Shown piece after piece: positions 56,932 to 64,000 of a stretch of DNA of 64,000 nucleotides; within the stretch, counting starts at the first letter, position 1, and each line of letters starts with the position of its first letter. The DNA is from Bacteroidales bacterium (GTDB lineage Bacteria > Bacteroidota > Bacteroidia > Bacteroidales > WCHB1-69). The position numbers and the translations under genes were made by a program. The notes below the pieces were generated by a model. The model did not search any database. It was not told the origin of the DNA and saw only the letters and a program-made list of their open reading frames with translations. The stretch lies in assembly GCA_045116675.1 (NCBI GenBank), contig JBGUMF010000073.1, forward strand, positions 9 through 64,008, read 5' to 3'.

Positions 56932-56943
56932 GATGCAGGGAGA

Positions 56944-57939
56944 TTACAGAGCCTTGAATCCGATGATTTCGCGCACCTCGCGCACGGTCTTGGAAGCGCT
57001 TTCGCGGGCCTTTTCCGCGCCCATGCGGGCCACCTTGCTGATGTATTCGTCTTTGGAACGCAGTTCTATAATGCGCTCATAGATAGGCTGTATGAACGCG
57101 ATCATATCGGCGGCCAACTGTTTCTTCATATCCCCGTAGCGGATCTGGCAGGCCTGGTACTGGTCTTCAAAGTATTGCACCGTATCCGGCGTGGAGACGG
57201 CCTTCATCAGGCTGAAGAGGTTCTCCACCGCCTGCGATTTAGGCTGGCCAGGCTCCGTCGGGCCGCTGTCGGAGACAGCACGCATAATCTTCTTGCGCAC
57301 CACCTCGGGCGCGTCGGAGAGGTATATGCAGGAGCCCTCATTGTCGGACTTGGACATCTTGGTGGAGCCGTCCAGGCCGGGGATCTTCACCAACTCGTTG
57401 CCGAAGTTGTAGGCAACAGGCAGCTTGAAATACTCATGCTTGTAGATATGGTTGAACCGTTGGGCGAAGTCACGGGTCATCTCCAGATGCTGTTCCTGGT
57501 CCTTGCCCACGGGCACCTTGTCGGCGCGGTGCAGCAGGATGTCGGCGGCCATCAGCACGGGATAGTTGAGCAGGCCGGCGTTGACGTTGTTGGGTTGACG
57601 CCGCACCTTTTCCTTGAAGGAGGCCACACGCTGCAGCTCACCCACATACACGTTCATGGAGAGTAACAGGCTCAGCTCGCACACCTCGGGCACATCGCTC
57701 TGTACATAGATGGTGGCCTTCTCCGGGTCCAAACCCGCCGCCAGATAGTCGATCAGCACATTCTTCACATTGGTGCGCAGGTCCGACGGATTCGGGTGCG
57801 TGGTCAATGAATGGTAATCTGCGATGAAGAAGAAGCAGTTGTTCTCGTTCTGCATCTTGATAAAATTCCTCAAGGCACCGAAATAGTTGCCGAGATGAAG
57901 AAAACCGGTGGGCCGTATGCCGCTTGCTACTTTATCCAT
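56944..57939 (-). CDS. trpS: Tryptophan--tRNA ligase
   Basis: SGIRPTGFLHLGNYFGA (HIGH region) and KMSKS. Confidence 0.9.
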   Translation of the reverse strand: MDKVASGIRPTGFLHLGNYFGALRNFIKMQNENNCFFFIADYHSLTTHPNPSDLRTNVKNVLIDYLAAGLDPEKATIYVQSDVPEVCELSLLLSMNVYVGELQRVASFKEKVRRQPNNVNAGLLNYPVLMAADILLHRADKVPVGKDQEQHLEMTRDFAQRFNHIYKHEYFKLPVAYNFGNELVKIPGLDGSTKMSKSDNEGSCIYLSDAPEVVRKKIMRAVSDSGPTEPGQPKSQAVENLFSLMKAVSTPDTVQYFEDQYQACQIRYGDMKKQLAADMIAFIQPIYERIIELRSKDEYISKVARMGAEKARESASKTVREVREIIGFKAL

Positions 57940-58123
57940 TTTACAAAAAATTTAGGGTTGCAAAAATACGAAAAAAGTGGCAAACGTCCAAGCATCCGAA
58001 CGGGGTTTATCCATTCAGTTTTAGAATCTTTTTTATATCAAAAAGGCTTCGTAAATACCATTTCTCCGCGGATCTCGAAAATCACGGGGATTATTTCCGT
58101 GCAGACCTGCGGAACACGAGGTT

Positions 58124-59509
58124 TTACTTCGCACCGCCGCCAAGGGCGATATAGAGAGCAATGAGGGCGCGGGAACCATTGTAGAGGTTCGTGGCCTCGC
58201 TGATCTGCGCAGAGAGCAGACTTTCCTGAGCCTTAAGCACTTCCAGATAGTTCGCCTTACCGTTGTCCATCAACTCATGCGTACCCTTGTAGGCACTGTG
58301 CAGCACCTCGATCTGCCGCTTGTAGTACACATCTTTTTCACTGGCGGATTGGCAGTCGGCCAACGCCTCGTTCACCTGATTGCCTGCATTGATGACGGTC
58401 TGTACATATTGTTGGGCGATATCTTCTTGAGACAACTTGCTGATTTTTAGGTTAGCCTTCAATTTTCCTTGGGCAAAGACAGGTTGTACGAGGGAGGCAA
58501 GTGCGTTCAGCAGCAAGGATCCGGGATTGGGAATGATACCGGAGTTGTTTCCCCAACCCAATACACCCTGTAATGAAATCTTGGGGTAGAATGCCGCACG
58601 GGCGGCCTGCGTGTTATAGAAGGCCTCTTCCAACACATGGTCAGCCATCTTGATGTCGGGACGGTTTTCCAGCATTTGAGCCGGCACTCCCGTACTTAAC
58701 CGTTGTGGTAGCACATAGGCATTCCAGCGGCTGCGTGCGATATGCTGCGGTGTAATGGCAAGCAATTGGCAGATAGCATTTTCCACACTACGGATATTAC
58801 GTTTCACATCCACAATCTGCGTTTTGACATTCAGATAGGAAGACTCCATCTGGTCAACAGCCGTGGAATATGCCTTGCCATTTTCCCAAAGGGCGCGCTG
58901 GGTCTCCAAGGATGCATTCCAGAGGGAATCGGTAAAAAGCAGGATTTCCAATTGTTGGTCAAGGAGTTGCAGCATAAAATACTGCTGTGCCGCAGCGGAA
59001 ACCAGATTGGCCTTCACCACCTGCTCACGCGCCTCCGCCTGCCACAGGACCGCCTGTGCCTTGCGCTTCTGGTTGGTATTCACGGCAAAGATGTCGAGAT
59101 CCCAGTTTATCTGCAAGGGAAGATTGTATGTCAAGGTCGGTGACAGAGTCCCTCCATTCAAGTAAGAGTTCACGCCGACAGAAGGAGAGAACGTGACGGA
59201 CGGCAGGTAGCCCAACTTCGTGGCCTTAAGAGAGGCCTGCGCCTGTTCCACGGCAATACGGGCCGAGTTGGCATCTGTGTTGCGCGCCAGCACCGAGTCG
59301 ATAAGCTGCTGCAACAGCGGGTCGGTGAAGAACTCTCGCCACGACAGTTCCGCAATGGAGCTGTCAGCCTGCGCCGCCTTCACATCTTCGCTAGTTCCGA
59401 ACGCATCTGGGGAGATTTCCGATTGCGACGTGTATTTGTTATATATGCCGCAGCCCGCAAACAACAGGCATAGTACGCTGACGGCAATGAATATGGTTAC
59501 CTTTTTCAT
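58124..59509 (-). CDS. Efflux transporter outer-membrane factor lipoprotein (TolC/NodT family)
   Basis: Lipobox LFAGC, two TolC-like repeats, and its position downstream of the RND pump. Confidence 0.85.
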   Translation of the reverse strand: MKKVTIFIAVSVLCLLFAGCGIYNKYTSQSEISPDAFGTSEDVKAAQADSSIAELSWREFFTDPLLQQLIDSVLARNTDANSARIAVEQAQASLKATKLGYLPSVTFSPSVGVNSYLNGGTLSPTLTYNLPLQINWDLDIFAVNTNQKRKAQAVLWQAEAREQVVKANLVSAAAQQYFMLQLLDQQLEILLFTDSLWNASLETQRALWENGKAYSTAVDQMESSYLNVKTQIVDVKRNIRSVENAICQLLAITPQHIARSRWNAYVLPQRLSTGVPAQMLENRPDIKMADHVLEEAFYNTQAARAAFYPKISLQGVLGWGNNSGIIPNPGSLLLNALASLVQPVFAQGKLKANLKISKLSQEDIAQQYVQTVINAGNQVNEALADCQSASEKDVYYKRQIEVLHSAYKGTHELMDNGKANYLEVLKAQESLLSAQISEATNLYNGSRALIALYIALGGGAK

Positions 59510-62500
59510 TGTTCTGATTTGTTTTCGTTATCATTCTCTGAAACAACAACATCTACCGTCTCCACCGCCACAGGCGACCCGTGGACCTTCTCGTGCAGTG
59601 TTTGGAATACGATGAAGAAGGAAGGAACGACGAAGAGCAGTGCCAGCGTGCCGACAGCCATACCGGCGGTGACGCCGAGGGCAAGCACACGGTTGCCGTT
59701 GGCGCCCGCACCACCCGCGATGATGAGCGGAATCATACCCGCAATCATCGTGACGACGGTCATCAAGATAGGACGCAGACGCTCCTCACAGGCAGCGAAG
59801 GCGGCATCGCGGATGCTGAGGCCCTGGGCACGGCGTTCCGAAGCAAACTCCGTGATAAGGATGGCCGTCTTGGCCAACAGACCGATGAGCATGATGACAC
59901 CCGTCTGCAGATAGATATTGTTCTCCATTCCAGGCAGGTGCAGTCTCGAGACGAGCCACACAACACCGAACGAGCCCAACAAACCGAAAGGAACGGAAAG
60001 CAACACAGCCCACGGTGTAAACCAGGAGTTGTAGAGCGAAGCCAAGATAAGGTAGATGAGGATGGCGCAGATGACGTAGATGAGGACCGTGGCGTTCGAG
60101 CCGGCAGATTCCTCCACCTCTCGAGACATGCCGCCGTATTCGTAGCTATAGCCGGAGGGCATCTCTTCTTTGAATACTTCGGCGATGGCCTCATGCGCAT
60201 CACCCTCCGAGAATCCGCTGGCGGTCATCACACCGCAGGTGATGCTCTGGAACAGGTTGAAGTGATCGACGGATGCGGATCCGACGATTTCTTTCAGCGT
60301 GACGAACTCCGAAATGGGAGCCATCTTACCACCGCGCACACGAACGAAGATATTGTTCAGCGAGGACGGGTCGAGACGGTACTCCGGCGCGGCGTTCGCC
60401 ATGATACGGTACACCTTGCCGAACTGGTTGAAGTTACCGACATACGAGCCACCGCAATAGGCACCGAGCGTCTTGAGCACAGCCGCGGGTGACACACCAG
60501 CGCGGTCGCACTGCGCCGCATCGACGCCGACCTCATACTTCGGGAAACGCTCTGAATAGGTGGACATCGCCATCATAATCTCCGGCCGCTCGTTCAGCTT
60601 GGCGAGGAACTTGTTGGCATCAGCATTGAACTCCGACATCGGGCGGTCCTGCATGTCCTGCAGCACCAAGTTCACGCTGCTGTTCGAGCCGTAGCCCGGC
60701 ACTTGCGGCATCTGGAAGGGAATGACCGTCGCGTTCTTGATATCTTTGCAGTCGAAGGCGAAACGGCCATAAACGAGCATGATGTTGTGGTTCATGCCCG
60801 GACGGTCGTCCCAATTCTTCAAACGGATGATGAGGGTGGCGTAGCAGCTACCCGAGCGGCCGGCCATCATACCATAACCGCTGACCACAGCATAGCTTTC
60901 CAGCTCGGGAATCTTCTTCACCTTCTCCTCCACCTTCCTCACAATCTCCTCCGTCTCATGCAGGGTGCAGCCCTCCGGCGCACGGACCTCGGCGAAGAAC
61001 ACGCCCTGGTCTTCCTGCGGCACGAGTCCCGAAGGCAACCCGCGCATGGCAAAGATGAGCAGCACAGCGGCACATGCCAACAGCAGGCCTGCCACCCACG
61101 GACGCTTGATGAACTTGCCGACACCCGATTTGTATTTGTTGAGGATGGCGTTATAGCTGACCGTATAGGCTTTTTTGACGTAATAGTTCAAGTCCTTCTT
61201 CTCCTGTTCATCCTTCGAATAACGCATCATCAGACCGCATAAGGCCGGACAGAGTGTCAATGCCGAAATGCACGACAGACCGACAGCCGAGGCCAGTGTG
61301 ACACCAAACTGCAGGAAGAACGATCCCGAGGTGCCGGGCATGAAGGCCACGGGAATAAACACGGCCATGAAGACCAGCGTACACGAAATGACCGCGATGG
61401 AGACATCGCTCATAGCCTGGCGTGTAGCTTCCCGGGCGTCCGATATGCCGCCCTCCATCTTCGCCATCACCGCTTCGACCACGACGATGGCATCATCCAC
61501 CACGGTACCGATGGCGAGCACCAAGGCGAATAGTGTCAATATGTTCAGGGAGAAACCTGCCACCTTCACGATGGCGAAAGTACCCAACAGCGACACAATG
61601 ATCGACAGCGAGGGGATAATCGTCGCCTTGAAACTCTGCAGGAAGAAATAAACCACGAGGATGACGAGGATAATGGCGATAACAAGCGTCTCCACCACAT
61701 TGTGGATAGCGGCGAAGAGGAAGTCGTCCGAAGTCTCCAATATCTCAAACTCCAGTCCGGCGGGCATCGTCGGCTGCAGCTCCTTGTACAGCTTGTTGAT
61801 GCGGGCGTTTACCTCCGTGGCGTTAGCGCCAGGGGCCTGGAACACCATGTAGATGGTGCCGGGCTTGCCGTCAATGTTGGAGGTGAAGTTATAGCTCACG
61901 GCACCGATTTCCACGTCCGCCACATCGCTCAGATGCAGCATGTGTCCGCCGTCGCTCGTACGCAACACGATGTCGTTGAACTCCTCGACGGTCTTGAGGG
62001 TACCCTTGTATTCCAACGAGTACTGGTAGGCGTTCTCACTCTGTTCGCCCAACGAACCCGTGGCGGCGACGAAGCTCTGTCCGCCGATGGCAGCGAACAC
62101 GTCGTTGGGTTCCAAGCCGTACTGCGCCATCACGTCGGGTTTCAGCCAGATACGCAAGGCGTAAGTGTTACCGAGGGACATCACATCGCCCACGCCGGTG
62201 ATACGCATGAGGCGGGGACGCACGTTGATGTCGATGTAGTTGGCGATGAAGTCGGCGTCGTACTTGCCGTCAACGCTTTTCAGTGCGCCGATGTGCAGGA
62301 TGTTGCTCTGCTGCTTCATCACCTGCACGCCCACCTTCGTCACCTCAGCAGGCAGCAGCGCTGTGGCTCGGCTGACGCGGTTCTGCACGTTCACCGCAGC
62401 GAGGTCAGGGTCGGTGCCCTGCTCGAAATAGACCTGGATGGAGACGTCGCCCGAGGCGGATGCCGAGCTGGTGATGTAGGTCATGCCAGGCACACCGTTG

Positions 62501-62709
62501 ATGTTCTCCTCCAGCGGTTGCACCACCGACTTCATGATGGTGTTCGCGTCGGCACCGGTATAGGATGTCGAGACGCGCACTGTCGGCGGGGCGATGTTCG
62601 GATATTGCTCGATGGGCAATGTCGTGATGCAGATGAAGCCCACCAGCATGATGACAATCGCTATCGCGCATGCCATCACATGTTTCTGGATGAAAATATT
62701 CCCTTTCAT
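59506..62709 (-). CDS. RND multidrug efflux permease (AcrB/HAE1 family)
   Basis: 1067 aa, 12-TM architecture, N-terminus FIQKHVMA.AIAIVIML.G......LPI.QYP.IAPP.V.V...Y.GA. Confidence 0.9.
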   Translation of the reverse strand: MKGNIFIQKHVMACAIAIVIMLVGFICITTLPIEQYPNIAPPTVRVSTSYTGADANTIMKSVVQPLEENINGVPGMTYITSSASASGDVSIQVYFEQGTDPDLAAVNVQNRVSRATALLPAEVTKVGVQVMKQQSNILHIGALKSVDGKYDADFIANYIDINVRPRLMRITGVGDVMSLGNTYALRIWLKPDVMAQYGLEPNDVFAAIGGQSFVAATGSLGEQSENAYQYSLEYKGTLKTVEEFNDIVLRTSDGGHMLHLSDVADVEIGAVSYNFTSNIDGKPGTIYMVFQAPGANATEVNARINKLYKELQPTMPAGLEFEILETSDDFLFAAIHNVVETLVIAIILVILVVYFFLQSFKATIIPSLSIIVSLLGTFAIVKVAGFSLNILTLFALVLAIGTVVDDAIVVVEAVMAKMEGGISDAREATRQAMSDVSIAVISCTLVFMAVFIPVAFMPGTSGSFFLQFGVTLASAVGLSCISALTLCPALCGLMMRYSKDEQEKKDLNYYVKKAYTVSYNAILNKYKSGVGKFIKRPWVAGLLLACAAVLLIFAMRGLPSGLVPQEDQGVFFAEVRAPEGCTLHETEEIVRKVEEKVKKIPELESYAVVSGYGMMAGRSGSCYATLIIRLKNWDDRPGMNHNIMLVYGRFAFDCKDIKNATVIPFQMPQVPGYGSNSSVNLVLQDMQDRPMSEFNADANKFLAKLNERPEIMMAMSTYSERFPKYEVGVDAAQCDRAGVSPAAVLKTLGAYCGGSYVGNFNQFGKVYRIMANAAPEYRLDPSSLNNIFVRVRGGKMAPISEFVTLKEIVGSASVDHFNLFQSITCGVMTASGFSEGDAHEAIAEVFKEEMPSGYSYEYGGMSREVEESAGSNATVLIYVICAILIYLILASLYNSWFTPWAVLLSVPFGLLGSFGVVWLVSRLHLPGMENNIYLQTGVIMLIGLLAKTAILITEFASERRAQGLSIRDAAFAACEERLRPILMTVVTMIAGMIPLIIAGGAGANGNRVLALGVTAGMAVGTLALLFVVPSFFIVFQTLHEKVHGSPVAVETVDVVVSENDNENKSEQ

Positions 62710-62712
62710 GGC

Positions 62713-63840
62713 TTATTTCGAATTTTTCGGCGTTTCAGGGAAGAGCACTTGCTCGCCTTCATGCACATTGTTTGCCCCAACGGTCACAATTTTGTCGCCG
62801 ACTTCCAGACCACTCGTTATAATGAAGTCCTTGCCATTACCGGGATCCATATAGGTCACGGCAACAGCGGTGGCGGTGCTGTCGGCCTTCACCTTGTAAA
62901 CCAAAGCCTTGTCCTGCAGACGTACCACGGCACTTTGCGGAACCACCATCACGTCCTTCATTTCATCAGGAAAAACAATGGAACCCTGGACACCGCTATA
63001 GAGCTGGCCTTCGGGATTGGGGAAGGTGGCCTTACAAGCGATGGTACCTGTGGTGGCGTTCACCACACCGGTAATGCTGGAGACGCGTCCCTTGTGCTGG
63101 TATTCGGTACCGCCCTTCAACACGAAAGTCACGTCAGGGAAAAACTTCAGCGCATCCTCGAGCTTTCCTTCGTAACCTTGGGCTAAGGCTTCCTCCAGCA
63201 CCGACTCAGGTACTGAGAAGAGAGCCTCCATCTTCGTGTTGCCGCTGACGATGGTCAGATGGGAGCTGGGAGAGACTTGGATACCTTCGGATACGGGAAT
63301 TTCGCCGATGATACCTGCCACAGGCGAGGTGATGGTACAAAATCCCAAGTTCACTTTGGCGCGGCTCACCGCGGATTGGGCCTGGCTCACCGCAGCCTGT
63401 GCCTGCTTGTAGGAGTTCTCGGAGTTGTCCAGCATATAGCGGCTCACGATATTCTTCTCAAAGAGGTTCTTATTTGACTCATACTCTAACTTCGCGCTTC
63501 TTGCGGAAGCCTCGGCAGCCTGCAGGTTTGCCTGCGCCGCCTCCAGCTCCAACTGCGCATTACGCGAGTCGATGACAAAGAGCACCGTGCCCTTCTTCAC
63601 CTGCTGGCCCTCGGTCACGCAGATCTGCATCAGCTGGCCGCTCACCTGGGGCGAGATGACCACGTCTGCCTCTCCCTTCAACTTGGCACTGAACTTCACA
63701 GGCACCGTGATGTCTTGTTTTTCCACTACTATTGTCTCAAACGACGTTTTCGTTTCCTTGGGCATATCCACCCCGCAGGAGACTAATCCGACCATGATGC
63801 CAAACAAGCATATCGTCCATTGTATCGTTCTCATTTTCAT
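62713..63840 (-). CDS. RND efflux periplasmic adaptor (membrane fusion protein)
   Basis: Lipobox GLVSCG, coiled-coil hairpin (LELEAAQANLQAAEA...) and beta-barrel domains. Start set at MKMRT (63840). Confidence 0.85.
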   Translation of the reverse strand: MKMRTIQWTICLFGIMVGLVSCGVDMPKETKTSFETIVVEKQDITVPVKFSAKLKGEADVVISPQVSGQLMQICVTEGQQVKKGTVLFVIDSRNAQLELEAAQANLQAAEASARSAKLEYESNKNLFEKNIVSRYMLDNSENSYKQAQAAVSQAQSAVSRAKVNLGFCTITSPVAGIIGEIPVSEGIQVSPSSHLTIVSGNTKMEALFSVPESVLEEALAQGYEGKLEDALKFFPDVTFVLKGGTEYQHKGRVSSITGVVNATTGTIACKATFPNPEGQLYSGVQGSIVFPDEMKDVMVVPQSAVVRLQDKALVYKVKADSTATAVAVTYMDPGNGKDFIITSGLEVGDKIVTVGANNVHEGEQVLFPETPKNSK

Positions 63841-64000
63841 ACTTCTCTTTTTAAGGTTATAGTTTGTAAACAACGTATTTATTTTCCATGAAAAAATAAG
63901 CTGCAAAAATACATTTTTTTGTTTTTCTAACAATAAAGAATGAATAAATATCAAATACTGACCAATGGTATAAGGCCATTCTCCTTTTCAGTAATATTTA

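Overview
This is a chromosomal window from a Bacteroidota (Bacteroidales-like) genome. That assignment rests on the lack of Shine-Dalgarno spacing, frequent TAnnTTTG -7 boxes 20-50 nt upstream of genes, a T9SS C-terminal sorting domain, a DUF4835/PorD-like gene, and bamD-rpoZ-coaBC-DUF4835-recN synteny. Most of the window is GC-rich housekeeping and envelope genes. These include a GH92 mannosidase, dapA, lpxC, lpxD, ispD, malic enzyme, tsaE, tsaC, coaD, coaBC, recN, xseB, trmD, trpS, sod, an RND efflux operon, two tRNAs, peptidases and a thiol-redox outer-membrane cluster. The one clearly accessory segment is a more AT-rich islet of about 4.7 kb (about 3797-8469) between two convergent glycoside-hydrolase genes. 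It carries an ORF6N gene, a RelE/ParE-type toxin-antitoxin pair, and an ORF6N plus RhuM-N/PLD-like two-gene operon. These three modules are separated by three same-orientation copies of a 135-175 bp GC-rich structured repeat, one of which is preceded by a degenerate array of short GC-stem hairpins driven by an apparently orphan promoter. I could not match this repeat-delimited cassette layout to a known mobile-element or RNA class from memory, so it is the best candidate for something undescribed. No integrase, transposase, CRISPR array or cas gene is visible. Many long ORFs on the strand opposite real genes are GC-driven shadow ORFs and are not reported as features.
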